Part shown: piece after piece, positions 1 through 9,976 of the stretch
How the letters are laid out: every line of letters begins with the position of its first letter
Position numbering within the stretch: the stretch's first letter is position 1
IMG/VR virus record: IMGVR_UViG_3300044645_002359
Span: 124,001-188,000 of that record
Strand: one strand, 5' to 3'
DNA length: 64,000 nucleotides
The notes under the pieces: model-generated
The model's input: the letters and a program-made list of their open reading frames with translations, nothing else
Databases searched by the model: none
What the model was told of the DNA's origin: nothing
Made by a program: the position numbers and the translations under genes

Positions 1-31
1 AGAGGTAAGGAAAAGGAGGAATCTAACAAAA

Positions 32-3000
32 ATGGCAACTTTTTCATTCGGCACCGGAGTAGTTCCCGGCGCCCCTGGCACATACATCAACGAACGTGTT
101 GGTAACGTAGCTTCAGCAGGAATCGCCTCTTTCAGCACTACTTACTTGTTGGTAGAAACTGAGGAAGACGTTCCAACCACACGCTTCCCCTTCAATAAGC
201 CTGTTCCGGTATCTTCTCTACCCGACTACAAAGTACTAGTCGGTGGAGTGCCTGAAACTCGCATTCCCCTGCTAAGCTACAACTGCGTAAATTCTTTCTT
301 CTCCAATGCACAAGTCGGCGATCTTCGGGTCGTTAGAGTTGGTACTCCGAATCAAATCGTAGAAATTGAGATTCTTCCTTCAGGATCAAAAATCAGCAAC
401 TCGGGTTTGCCTTCCTCTTTACAAGCTGGAGATATAGTTTACGCTCAGCTTATTCTTAACGGCTTGAAACTTGTTGCCGGTGACGGCTCTACAGGTTACA
501 CCTCCGAAGGAGAGTGGTTGGGTGTACCAACAGTTATCCCTGTCGACTATATTCCTGGAGACGAGGTAAATAATCGTAAAATTTCCGCTGCTATCTCAAG
601 CGCTATCGCAGCAGCTATCGAGAGCAACCCTAGCGTTCGTAGTGCTATTTACGTCCGCGACTCTGGTCTCGTTAACGACTTGCTTCCTTCTTCCAACTCT
701 GAAAACGGTTACATTACGATTGCAGCATCTACCTATGACGGCAACGTATCTGTAGTAACTGAGCAGCTTCCCGTTGGGGCTGAATATGTTCTGATGCAAA
801 ATGCTTACGTAGTTCAGAACATCGTGGGCCTTCAAAATAACTTGGAGAGAGTTCCCCAAGATTATATTCAGTGCATCAATACCGCTTTTGACGGTCAGGT
901 AAACCAAGGTTATCTTGCAACTCCGACCGCTTATGCCCAGTTCGATGCGGAAGGGCGTGCAGCAGTCGGTGCCGCAGCAGCAGCGCATTGTCAAGACAAC
1001 AACTTCAAGTGGATGGCGGTTGCTGATGCGGGTCCTTTTCTTGTTACCGATATTAACAAGTACAAGGAATATACATCCCATCAACCTGCAGATGACCTTG
1101 TAACAGACAATTTGTACCTGGTAGATAATGCCATGTACAAGTGGATTGGAAACGATGTTACTTACGATCGTCTAAAGTATCAAACTCTTGTGCAAGGTTA
1201 CGATCCTAAGGTTGCGATTCAAAGCTCCGTGGAAGGTGTAGCGGATGACGAGAAAGTAGGTCTTCTTGACCTTGCAAAGTTCACAGCAACTTCAACTTCT
1301 CCTTTAGCTCAACTTGGAGTTTTCCTCTTAGACTCAAATACAATTTGGCCCGTAGATTACCAAATTCAACTGGTAACCCTGAGTGACCTTGGCGCCGACT
1401 TCTTGCCTCTTCTCCCAGTTGGAGAAACTTCGGTTGAGGTTTACTTCGTAGCACCGCCTTTCAATAGCGCATTGTACGGACCTTACCCCTCAGACGGTTC
1501 TGATCAGTTTGTCTATATCGCTCAAACGGCTGCTGAAGCTGTTTCTATCCTAACAGAAGTCACTGCTCTTGGCGGTACTGCTTTAGCTTTAGACGCAACT
1601 CTGACCCCTACCGGCGCATTCAACGTTGTAACTCCTACCACGAGTACAGCAGCAGCGACTTACACCACTCCTCAGTGGAATTTGCCTGTAACGATTGAGG
1701 GTCAAACTTCTAACTTGATTCACAATTTAACTGGTGCTTCCACCTACGTGAATACACTTCACCTTCCTGGAAGTTTACAAGAGCCTACAGAAGAGTATCG
1801 TCTTGCCTTTGTGAGCAGAACTCTGTTTGATCCCGACGCTGTTCTTTCTTCAAGTACAGTGTCTGGCTATACCGGTGCTGCTTCTTTCGAGGTCGTTTCA
1901 CACAAACTGGTGAATGGGCAAAAGCTTTACTTCACTCAGCCGATCTTGAACAATTCTTCAACCTTGTTCAAGGCTACTTTGAGAAACAGCCTTCAAGCTT
2001 ACTACGTCAAAGTGATCGACAACGATAACTTTGTATTGTCAACCTCTAGCTCCAACTACTTGGCTGGCTCATACGTTCCTTACCCAACAGGAAGTGTTAG
2101 CATCTCCTCGAATCCAACGATCCTTTACTCTTCTGTAAGAGGTGGTGGATTAGCCTCAATCAACCTGTCCGAACTAAGTGTCGTACCTTTAATTCGAGGA
2201 AGAAAATACGGCTGGTCCTCGGGGACTATTGCAGATGAAGCTGCTAGCAGTTCCTCCTTCACCCCCTCGGTCGATAACCCAACTGTATCCCTGTTCCTTA
2301 ACACTAGCTCTTCAGTGCTAGGTGCCGAGCGCATTTTCCCCTATGGAGAGGATGATCAAGCAGACTGGCTCCCTTCTCTGAATCTGGTTAATCCTGGTTC
2401 AACCTCAACAACCGTTGACAACTTCCTTTGCACTCCAACCGTCGACCAAAGTTTCACATCAGAAGCTTATCTGGTTCCCTCAATTGATTCTATCTTCGGT
2501 GGAAACTATGAGGCTAACACAACTGCCCTGCTGGGTAATTTAGATATAGTAACTGACTACGCGTCAGCCTGTGGACTTGCAGTGTCGGATACCGGCGTCG
2601 ATATTCAAAGTGCTCTTTCCAAGTTGAGTGGAGTTTACTTTACTGTAACTTCGGCACCAACGAACTCTGTTGCTCCTGATGGAACAACTGAGGTTGTTCT
2701 GGGTGACCGTATAGCTGTAGTCTTCAACGGATCTAGTTACGAATGGGTTGTAGTTCCTGCTGCTTCTCTCGGTGGAGACTTGAGCTCTGTCGCATCTGTC
2801 TGTTACGGCTCTCAAGTTGAATTCGCTCTAACACCTGAGCAAACCCCAGCTGCTGCTCTTTGGAGATTTGAAGCTGTCACTTCAACCGAAATTATCGATG
2901 AAGCACTCCGTGGTGTTGGATTCGCTGGTGAGCCCCAAGCTGTGTTTATTGAAGCCGGTGTCGACAACGTGAACCGCCTTTACGAAGACAGCCAGCGCTA

Positions 3001-3688
3001 CTTCAACGCTTTCGGTTTCATCGCATTCTACGGACCCTACGTGGAAAATTCTGCAGGTCAATTCATTCCTCCAACACCGTACGTAACCGGTGTCGCAACT
3101 CGCCGTTACCGATCAGAAGGGTTCCAATTCCCACCTGCTGGAACCAAGTATCAGCTTGCTGATGCAGTTGGTATCCAAATCTCTGTGAACTCTGCTCAGC
3201 AAAATCTGCTGAATCCTGACGGTTGCAACGTGCTTCGTTCCTTACCAGGCTACCCAAATACTGCGGTATTTATCTGGGGTGGACGTACCCGAATCAACAA
3301 GGCTGTCGCTGACCAACGCAAGTTCCAATTTGTGAACACCCGAGTGATTCAGAACGTTGTATACGGTTCTCTTCGCAATGCTTTTGACAACCAGATTTTC
3401 TCGGTTGTGGATGGCTTCGGAATCGTGTTCAACCAGATTGTTTCGATCGGTAATAGCGTTCTTAGCCAGCTATACTTAGCCGGTGCGTTGTTCGGTGCTC
3501 GTCCTTCTGATGCTTTCCAAGTTATCTGCGACGAAAGAATCAATAGCGGTGAAAATCTTGAGAATGGTGTTGTATTTGTCAAAGTCTTTGACACTCCCGT
3601 TCCAACTCTTGAGAGAATCGAGGTTGACTTGATCCGAGTCTCTGTCGGACAAATGAACAAAGAACTCGAATCACAAGGTTTGGGTTGA
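32..3688 (+). CDS. Contractile tail sheath protein, unusually long (1218 aa) with inserted domains
   Basis: N-terminal PGTYINE motif; C-terminal sheath signature (WGGRT...FQFVNTRV...GALFG...FQVICDERIN...PVPTLERIEV); AGGAGGA RBS upstream. Confidence 0.92.
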   Translation: MATFSFGTGVVPGAPGTYINERVGNVASAGIASFSTTYLLVETEEDVPTTRFPFNKPVPVSSLPDYKVLVGGVPETRIPLLSYNCVNSFFSNAQVGDLRVVRVGTPNQIVEIEILPSGSKISNSGLPSSLQAGDIVYAQLILNGLKLVAGDGSTGYTSEGEWLGVPTVIPVDYIPGDEVNNRKISAAISSAIAAAIESNPSVRSAIYVRDSGLVNDLLPSSNSENGYITIAASTYDGNVSVVTEQLPVGAEYVLMQNAYVVQNIVGLQNNLERVPQDYIQCINTAFDGQVNQGYLATPTAYAQFDAEGRAAVGAAAAAHCQDNNFKWMAVADAGPFLVTDINKYKEYTSHQPADDLVTDNLYLVDNAMYKWIGNDVTYDRLKYQTLVQGYDPKVAIQSSVEGVADDEKVGLLDLAKFTATSTSPLAQLGVFLLDSNTIWPVDYQIQLVTLSDLGADFLPLLPVGETSVEVYFVAPPFNSALYGPYPSDGSDQFVYIAQTAAEAVSILTEVTALGGTALALDATLTPTGAFNVVTPTTSTAAATYTTPQWNLPVTIEGQTSNLIHNLTGASTYVNTLHLPGSLQEPTEEYRLAFVSRTLFDPDAVLSSSTVSGYTGAASFEVVSHKLVNGQKLYFTQPILNNSSTLFKATLRNSLQAYYVKVIDNDNFVLSTSSSNYLAGSYVPYPTGSVSISSNPTILYSSVRGGGLASINLSELSVVPLIRGRKYGWSSGTIADEAASSSSFTPSVDNPTVSLFLNTSSSVLGAERIFPYGEDDQADWLPSLNLVNPGSTSTTVDNFLCTPTVDQSFTSEAYLVPSIDSIFGGNYEANTTALLGNLDIVTDYASACGLAVSDTGVDIQSALSKLSGVYFTVTSAPTNSVAPDGTTEVVLGDRIAVVFNGSSYEWVVVPAASLGGDLSSVASVCYGSQVEFALTPEQTPAAALWRFEAVTSTEIIDEALRGVGFAGEPQAVFIEAGVDNVNRLYEDSQRYFNAFGFIAFYGPYVENSAGQFIPPTPYVTGVATRRYRSEGFQFPPAGTKYQLADAVGIQISVNSAQQNLLNPDGCNVLRSLPGYPNTAVFIWGGRTRINKAVADQRKFQFVNTRVIQNVVYGSLRNAFDNQIFSVVDGFGIVFNQIVSIGNSVLSQLYLAGALFGARPSDAFQVICDERINSGENLENGVVFVKVFDTPVPTLERIEVDLIRVSVGQMNKELESQGLG

Positions 3689-3703
3689 TAAAAGAGTGGG
3701 TTA

Positions 3704-3973
3704 ATGAACAAGGACCTGAAGCTACAAATTCCTGACTCACTTTTCTCTTCTTTATCTCAAAAAGCAAACCAGCGGGGCGTCTCACTTGAGGCGCTCTGCA
3801 TTTCCTTGCTGGGGGAAGAACAGATCTTAATTGAGCCTTCGTTATACAATTCTCTTGGAAACGGGGAAATTCGTATAGAAATGCAAAAACTTATGCAAAG
3901 TAAACTTCCGAAAGAGGAAGTTAACAAGCGGGTCAGGAAGTTAGAAACCCAAATTTTAAGGCTTATTCGATGA
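3704..3973 (+). CDS. Small ribbon-helix-helix (CopG/HicB-C-like) DNA-binding protein
   Basis: LKLQIPDSLFSSLSQKANQRGVSLEALCISLL fits the RHH strand-helix-helix pattern. Confidence 0.55.
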   Translation: MNKDLKLQIPDSLFSSLSQKANQRGVSLEALCISLLGEEQILIEPSLYNSLGNGEIRIEMQKLMQSKLPKEEVNKRVRKLETQILRLIR

Positions 3974-4347
3974 CGGTACCCCAAACATTGTCTCCGGCTA
4001 TTCGAGGGTTGTCATACCCTCTAAGGATCGTAAATGGGAATTTATCCACGAGTACTGATTACGAGCTTAAGACTCAAGAAATCAGAAGCATAGTTGAAAC
4101 TCGGTTTTTTGAAAGAGTTATGAGAGCGGATTACGGTGTTGGAGATCATACTCTCGACGTGATTGATCCTGGCCAAATAAACTCTGAATTCCAAAACTCC
4201 ATACAAGCTTACGTCTCCGGACTAACTTCTCTCGTGGTGAAAGGAGATTGGATAACGAGCGGTGAAGACGGAATTTACAAAGTTTACATTATTTACCAGT
4301 TAAATGGTGTGCCCCAACCCCCACTTGAATTCTCCCTTAGTAACTAA
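3970..4347 (+). CDS. Baseplate wedge protein, gp25/GpW-like
   Basis: GLSYPLRI...IRSIVETRFFERVMRADYG motif typical of the gp25 family; ATGA overlap with upstream gene. Confidence 0.85.
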   Translation: MTVPQTLSPAIRGLSYPLRIVNGNLSTSTDYELKTQEIRSIVETRFFERVMRADYGVGDHTLDVIDPGQINSEFQNSIQAYVSGLTSLVVKGDWITSGEDGIYKVYIIYQLNGVPQPPLEFSLSN

Positions 4348-4418
4348 TCGGGTAAAGTTCCTTAGAAGTGACGCATTAATGAGTACCGAAAACAAAACAA
4401 GTATGGAAAGAGGGAACT

Positions 4419-5960
4419 TTGTCAAACAGATTTAAAACGGCTCCTGTGCCGACTGGGGAGATCTCAAGTTATACGAGCGACCCTTATAATTTATCCAGTA
4501 TTTACATGTTCGGGAGTTCTTCTCCCTTTACAGGATCTGGAAATAGCATAGTTCGGCCTAGCGACGACCTTTTAATCCAAAAGGGTGGAAATCGAGCACT
4601 TTCGGTTTACCAGAGACTCTTCTTTGACGAGCACGTACAAAGTTCTTTTTCTAAGCTGGTTCAAGAAGTTGTATCAAGACCCTGGTATGTTGAAGAGTAT
4701 AGCTCAAAACCGGGTGACATTGCAGTAAGAGACTTCGTAGCAGAGATTCTAGAAGAGCTGGCCTTGGATGAAATTTACAAAGGTTTGGCAGAAGCTCTGA
4801 TTGTAGGGTACAGTGTTGGAGAAGTAATGTGGAAAAAGACCAAGAGGGGGGTTATACCTTTCGACATTAGAATGAGAGACCAGCGCCGCTTCGTTTTCCA
4901 AGAATCGGAGGATTCTCAAAATGGCTTCACGATGCGCTGCTTAACCTTCAACCGGATGTTTGAGGGTGTCGAATTGCCCGCCAGAAAATTTGTGGTAAAT
5001 AGATACTGGTCTCAGCACAATGGTGACCCTTACGGTTCTTCTCTAGGCAGGGTGCTTTACCCGTTGGTTAAGTTTAGACGACGCGCTATAGAATCCTATG
5101 TCCTTTACGGTGACCGTTACGCCACTCCTACCGTTGTTGCTACGGCACCCTTAAGCGCATCTTCCGCAGAAATTGATACAATCTACAACCACATCTCTAA
5201 CTTATCACAAGAAACAGCTCTTGTTTTACCAGAGGGGTACAAGTTAGACTTTATAAATCCGAGCGGAAGCCCGGACGTTTTTAAAAGCTTGATTGACTAC
5301 ATTGATAAGGAAATCAGTTTGATACTTTGCGGAGAAAATGAAGCCGGACAAGCCGAGGCAGGTTCAAGAGCTTCTTCCCAAGTTGCCAATGTTGTAAGAG
5401 TAGTGAAAGCGGCCGAGATTTCTGAAGCTGTCTCCCATACTTTGACAAGAACCTTGGTAAGGTGGATCGTAGACCTTAACTTCGGAATCGACGTTGCGGC
5501 TCCAAGTCTCACAAGAGAGTTCAGAATTGAAGAATCTCCCGTCACAGCTAGTGACCTCTCAGTTCTCATACAATCGGGCTTCAAACCCCGAAGAGAGTGG
5601 GTGGAAAGGCACTTCAGAATTGAGCTTGAGTCTGAAGCTCCAAACTTTGAAACTAAAGGGGAAGAAGACAACACTACTTACAATCCCGACGAAGACACTG
5701 ATCTTTACAATTCAATTTTCGGTGGGGATTACGAATCAGAAGAGTCCGAGTCTACTGGTTCAACCACTAAACAAACTTCTGAGGAACCGCTACCGGAAGC
5801 CGAACCAGAAGAAACTTCCGGGGAATTAGTAGCAGAGGAAGCTCCTGAGGGTTACGATTCAATTTTTGAAGGGGGAGACGAATCAGAAGAGTCTTCCGCA
5901 GATCAACTTGTGGAAGAATTTATTAAGACCAAAACAAGGAAGAAAAGCAAAAAAGGGTAA
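4419..5960 (+). CDS. Portal protein (Mu gp29/DUF935-like) with acidic C-terminal tail
   Basis: ALIVGYSVGEVMW, DPYGSSL, YIDKEISLILCGE, LVRWIVDLNFG motifs; position upstream of protease gene. Confidence 0.88.
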   Translation: MSNRFKTAPVPTGEISSYTSDPYNLSSIYMFGSSSPFTGSGNSIVRPSDDLLIQKGGNRALSVYQRLFFDEHVQSSFSKLVQEVVSRPWYVEEYSSKPGDIAVRDFVAEILEELALDEIYKGLAEALIVGYSVGEVMWKKTKRGVIPFDIRMRDQRRFVFQESEDSQNGFTMRCLTFNRMFEGVELPARKFVVNRYWSQHNGDPYGSSLGRVLYPLVKFRRRAIESYVLYGDRYATPTVVATAPLSASSAEIDTIYNHISNLSQETALVLPEGYKLDFINPSGSPDVFKSLIDYIDKEISLILCGENEAGQAEAGSRASSQVANVVRVVKAAEISEAVSHTLTRTLVRWIVDLNFGIDVAAPSLTREFRIEESPVTASDLSVLIQSGFKPRREWVERHFRIELESEAPNFETKGEEDNTTYNPDEDTDLYNSIFGGDYESEESESTGSTTKQTSEEPLPEAEPEETSGELVAEEAPEGYDSIFEGGDESEESSADQLVEEFIKTKTRKKSKKG

Positions 5961-5969
5961 AAAACGTAT

Positions 5970-8546
5970 ATGAGTACAACAAGTAGTAAAGTGTTTACAA
6001 AACGTGTTCATGTTTTCACGGCGGGGCCTCAGATTTCCGCTCAGGGGGTAGAAAGAGATTTCACCCCCGATGACCTTCAACAAGTTGTTGAATCTTACGA
6101 TCCTCAAACTCATGAGGCTCCCTTAGTAATAGGGCACTCTGGAGACAATGACAGCGTACCTTCTTTCGGGTGGGTTAAAAAATTGGTTCGGAGCGGAGAG
6201 AAATTATACGCCGATGTCGATTTTACAGACACTGCTAAAGATTTGGTGAAGGACGGTCATTATCGCAAAGTTTCGATCTCTTTCTATTCCCCGAACTCCC
6301 CAATCAACCCACATGAAGGGAAGTGGAGTGTTAGACACTTAGCGCTTCTAGGTGCCTCTCCCCCCGCTGTTAAGGGTTTAGAACCTTTTTCATTCTCCGA
6401 AGACAAGGACGGAGTTTTCAACTTCGCTTCCGTTCTTTCACCCAGCGAGATCTTCGATGAAGAACTCGGCCCAACCCTTCTTGTTGAGCGAAGCCCTTTA
6501 GAAATTCTGAAGGAAAAGCTCGAAGAAGTTCGGGGGGACATGAAGTCTTCTTTGAATGATCTTCAAGAAAACCAGGAGCAACAAACAGAAACAGACGTCG
6601 ATGAGACGCGAAACAACACCTCGGCGGATGAAAGCACCGCCCCCGAAAACCCTAACCAGCAATTTTCCGAAATGAAAAAGAAAATGGGGCGTGAAGGAGC
6701 CGAAGTCTCCGAGTCCGCTCAAAAACTCGCAAACATGGAAGATCAGTTTCCAGAAGAAAAATTTGATGAAGGTGTTTCCCGTAAAGTTACAAAGGGAGCA
6801 CATGGCCAAGAAGTCCAAGTTGTGGAAGAAGTCTTTGAAGAAGACGACGAACTTTCCGACGAACATGGTGAACTTCCGGCTGCCTTCAAGAAAAACATGG
6901 CTAAAATGAAAGCCAAGGCTAAGCATAAGGCCCATGAAAATATGGATGATGAGGAAGAGGATGTTTCCGAAGACCACCGAGAACTCCCTGCTGCTTTAAG
7001 AGCAAATGCATCCAAAATGAAGGCTAAAGCTAAGCATAAGGCCCATGATGAAGACATGGACGAAGATGAAGAAGAAGGCGATTTCGCTGAAGTCAGTGAC
7101 AAAACTGCTTCTGGTGGTAAAGCCAGTTTCGGTAAGCACGCTCAGAAAGACTCTGAAGACCCTGCGGGAAGAGCAAAGACCGCTCGCTCCTCTGACGACA
7201 GCTACGGCGACCGTCAGTCGGTTGGTCACGGCGATGAAGAAGATCGTGAAGGCGTCACTTCTGATGACGAGCAAGACCTTGACAGAGTGAACACTGCTAA
7301 GAACGGTGATCAGGATGAAGATCGCAAGAAACTTGCCAAAGTTGCTGAAGGTGAAGGTGACGAAGACTCTCGTTGGGCAGACCAACCAGAAGGTCGCCGC
7401 CGTGCGATGGAAGACGATCAGTACAACGACGGCGAATACGGTCTTCCTCGCCCCAACAAGCCCGGAATTTCTGACGGTACTGACCCACACGGTCGTGACG
7501 GTGGTCCTACTCCCGTTTCTGAAAAGTCTGAGGAAGAACCCGATTCCGAAGATATCGTAGTTCCTCTTCAAAGCACCAAAGGAAACAAGGTTTCCCGTGT
7601 ACTTCATCAAACCTCCGGACAAAAAAGAGCTCCTTTGAAAGGTGGAGAGATCGCAGACCACAGCGAAGAATCTGATGGTGTTACCCGAACTGCTAAAAAG
7701 GCAGGTGTTTCCGCAGGCAATGACCCCCACGGTCGTGATGATGGCCCAACGAACTTCCCATCTCGTTCTGAAGAAGAGCCCGATGATCTGGAAATGGCTG
7801 TGGATCTGGAGAATGCTACTCAGAGCAATAAAGTTCGTATACTTCGTCAAAAGTCCGGAGACCAGCCTTCTCTTGACCACGCCGAAGACGACGACCTTGA
7901 TGTAGAAGAGTGCGAAGCTACTGGCAAAATGACACGCAAGTACGCTGAGCGTGACACTATGACCCGCACAGGAAAGGGTTCTACCTACGGGCAAAAGCGT
8001 TCGTTTATGGACGAGGAGGATGCTGAAGACGAGGATGACGATTATTCAGAAACCGATGACTTCTGCGGAATGGGCTCAATGGGGCAGGCCAAACCCATGG
8101 GTTACCCTGTTCAAATGTTCGAAGAGTTCCAGCGTGAACTAGAGAACCTTAAGAACGAAAATTCTCGTCTCAAGAAAGAGTACCAAGAGCAACAAACTCG
8201 CTCACGCAAACAACGCATCGCCGAGTTCGTAGATAACCTCTACACCGAAGGAAAGTTGACTGATGGGATTATTCCTCAGAGAGATCTTCAAAATTACTGC
8301 GAAGGTCTTGAGTTCGGGACCCTTGAGTTCGCTGAAGGCGAATCTCCAACAACCAAGTTGTTTGGACTTCTTGATCGCTTACCTAACCTGGTCTACTTCG
8401 GAGAAGTTGTCGCTGATGGTCGCTTCGAAGCTCCCGAAGATGAGGACCTTGACCCCCACGCCCGTGCCATGAAAATGGTTGAGTCCGGAGAGTGTGATTA
8501 CGTTGAAGCCATTAAGCGTTGCATTCCTTGGGGTGGAAGAGGCTGA
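5970..8546 (+). CDS. Mu gpI-like prohead protease fused to a long acidic scaffold region
   Basis: HEAPLVIGH, FGWVKKL, YRKVSISFY, RHLALLGASPPAVKGL protease motifs; C-terminal coiled coil; internal repeats. Confidence 0.88.
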   Translation: MSTTSSKVFTKRVHVFTAGPQISAQGVERDFTPDDLQQVVESYDPQTHEAPLVIGHSGDNDSVPSFGWVKKLVRSGEKLYADVDFTDTAKDLVKDGHYRKVSISFYSPNSPINPHEGKWSVRHLALLGASPPAVKGLEPFSFSEDKDGVFNFASVLSPSEIFDEELGPTLLVERSPLEILKEKLEEVRGDMKSSLNDLQENQEQQTETDVDETRNNTSADESTAPENPNQQFSEMKKKMGREGAEVSESAQKLANMEDQFPEEKFDEGVSRKVTKGAHGQEVQVVEEVFEEDDELSDEHGELPAAFKKNMAKMKAKAKHKAHENMDDEEEDVSEDHRELPAALRANASKMKAKAKHKAHDEDMDEDEEEGDFAEVSDKTASGGKASFGKHAQKDSEDPAGRAKTARSSDDSYGDRQSVGHGDEEDREGVTSDDEQDLDRVNTAKNGDQDEDRKKLAKVAEGEGDEDSRWADQPEGRRRAMEDDQYNDGEYGLPRPNKPGISDGTDPHGRDGGPTPVSEKSEEEPDSEDIVVPLQSTKGNKVSRVLHQTSGQKRAPLKGGEIADHSEESDGVTRTAKKAGVSAGNDPHGRDDGPTNFPSRSEEEPDDLEMAVDLENATQSNKVRILRQKSGDQPSLDHAEDDDLDVEECEATGKMTRKYAERDTMTRTGKGSTYGQKRSFMDEEDAEDEDDDYSETDDFCGMGSMGQAKPMGYPVQMFEEFQRELENLKNENSRLKKEYQEQQTRSRKQRIAEFVDNLYTEGKLTDGIIPQRDLQNYCEGLEFGTLEFAEGESPTTKLFGLLDRLPNLVYFGEVVADGRFEAPEDEDLDPHARAMKMVESGECDYVEAIKRCIPWGGRG

Positions 8547-8575
8547 TTAGCCTCTATACCTTGGAGAGCGACCCT

Positions 8576-9277
8576 ATGGACCTGCTAACTTTGGTAGGAC
8601 AAGTCACGAAGAAACGGGGTGATTACTTCTCCCAAGCCGAAAACTTGGCTAGAAAAGCAAAAACGCAAGCAAAACTGAAGAGTCTTATGACAAACCAGTC
8701 TAAAGTTCTTGTCAAAGCTTTAAGAGACCGAGAAATACGCTGGGAGGAGTACTCTCGAACTTTAATTGACAAAACTCTATCAGCTGCTCTTGCCGCTGTC
8801 TATTTGGGTGCGGGGCGAGCTTCTCCAGGAAAGAAAGTTGAAAAGGCTTGGCCCACAGTTACAGGGCAAATACTTCCACCTTTGGTAGACTTTTTGAACC
8901 AAACAGAGATAGCCCTTAGTAAGGGCTCTCTCATGTTGGGAGACGACCGTTCAAACTTCTCTGAAGTTGATATGGATAGCCTTAACTACGAAGAAAAAGA
9001 AATAGCTGAGCCTGTAATGTCCTGGCTCGGTTTGGCTTCAAGGGTAGTTCGCTACCTGGCAAATCCCTCCTACTCATTTTTCAACTTAGGAGATTACTAT
9101 GTCAGACAAGAGCAGGGCTACAAGGAAATGAGAAGGGTTCCAGTCTTTGACAGAAGAACGTGTCCTGACTGCATTAATTTTGGACGAAGGGGGTGGCAGC
9201 CCTTGGGAAGTTTGCCTATGCCTGGGCAAGAATGCAGATGCTATGATCGCTGCCGCTGCTCCATTGAATACCGCTAA
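8576..9277 (+). CDS. Head morphogenesis / minor head protein (Mu gpF-like C-terminus)
   Basis: DRRTCPDC...LPMPGQECRCYDRCRCSIEY; ATG 8576 preceded by GGAG is a better start than 8519. Confidence 0.6.
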   Translation: MDLLTLVGQVTKKRGDYFSQAENLARKAKTQAKLKSLMTNQSKVLVKALRDREIRWEEYSRTLIDKTLSAALAAVYLGAGRASPGKKVEKAWPTVTGQILPPLVDFLNQTEIALSKGSLMLGDDRSNFSEVDMDSLNYEEKEIAEPVMSWLGLASRVVRYLANPSYSFFNLGDYYVRQEQGYKEMRRVPVFDRRTCPDCINFGRRGWQPLGSLPMPGQECRCYDRCRCSIEYR

Positions 9278-9375
9278 CGTTTGCATGGCAAACGAGGGTA
9301 AAACAATTATAACAAACTAGGTGAAAAACAAGTCCTAGAGCAAACCACAAATGTAGACCTTTATCACATAAAAAC

Positions 9376-9849
9376 ATGTCTTTGAACATTGCACCCGTTT
9401 ACGGCAAACAGTTTATCCGTTATGCCGAGACTTGGGAAGCTGCTACCGACAACCAAGCTGGTGATGTCGGCGTAGTCGAAATTCCTGAGTTTGCTGTCGT
9501 TGCTTATGCAACTTATGCCGGCGCTAACAAAGTTTGCACCCCTGGTAACCTTACTTCCTTTACCGGGCCAATCGCTGGTGTCAACCAGTCCTATATCCCC
9601 ACCGCGCTTGCTCAACCTCATACTGCCCGCCAAGCTTCCGTAGCTACCAGTGGTTCTTTGATCGTTGAAGTTAGCGCTGACGCTGTTGCCGCTTTCACCC
9701 TGAATGGCCGCCTCTCTGTTGGTCCCAATGGTAAGGCACTCCCCACCGCTAACGGTGGCGTGAATGTTACCCTCGACGGCACCACTCCGCTTATCCGTGA
9801 AGTTGTTGAAATCGGTGGTCGCACCATCGTAATTGCTTCCTTCGCTTGA
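9376..9849 (+). CDS. Capsid decoration/cement protein
   Basis: 157 aa, Ala/Gly/Val-rich, between scaffold and MCP; ASVATSGSLIVEV...GRLSVGPNGKA pattern. Confidence 0.6.
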   Translation: MSLNIAPVYGKQFIRYAETWEAATDNQAGDVGVVEIPEFAVVAYATYAGANKVCTPGNLTSFTGPIAGVNQSYIPTALAQPHTARQASVATSGSLIVEVSADAVAAFTLNGRLSVGPNGKALPTANGGVNVTLDGTTPLIREVVEIGGRTIVIASFA

Positions 9850-9857
9850 GAAATGCT

Positions 9858-9915
9858 AACGCATTTCGGTGCGTTTTTACTAAGAGCCTTCAACTTCCGG
9901 GTTGTGGGCTCTTTT
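9858..9915 (+). terminator. Two tandem intrinsic-terminator-like hairpins after the decoration gene
   Basis: AACGCAT-TTCG-GTGCGTT-TTT and AAGAGCC...GGCTCTT-TT. Confidence 0.6.
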
Positions 9916-9976
9916 CACTAAGTTTACTTGAAGTCCCATTTAACTAAAATATAGTTAATAAATCAGTATCAGGGAA

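Noticed and set aside
6284-7994. Long antisense ORFs (e.g. 6996..7994, 332 aa) and other minus-strand shadows
   Set aside because: They lie opposite clear plus-strand genes with biased codon usage and have no RBS or promoter motif and no recognisable domains.
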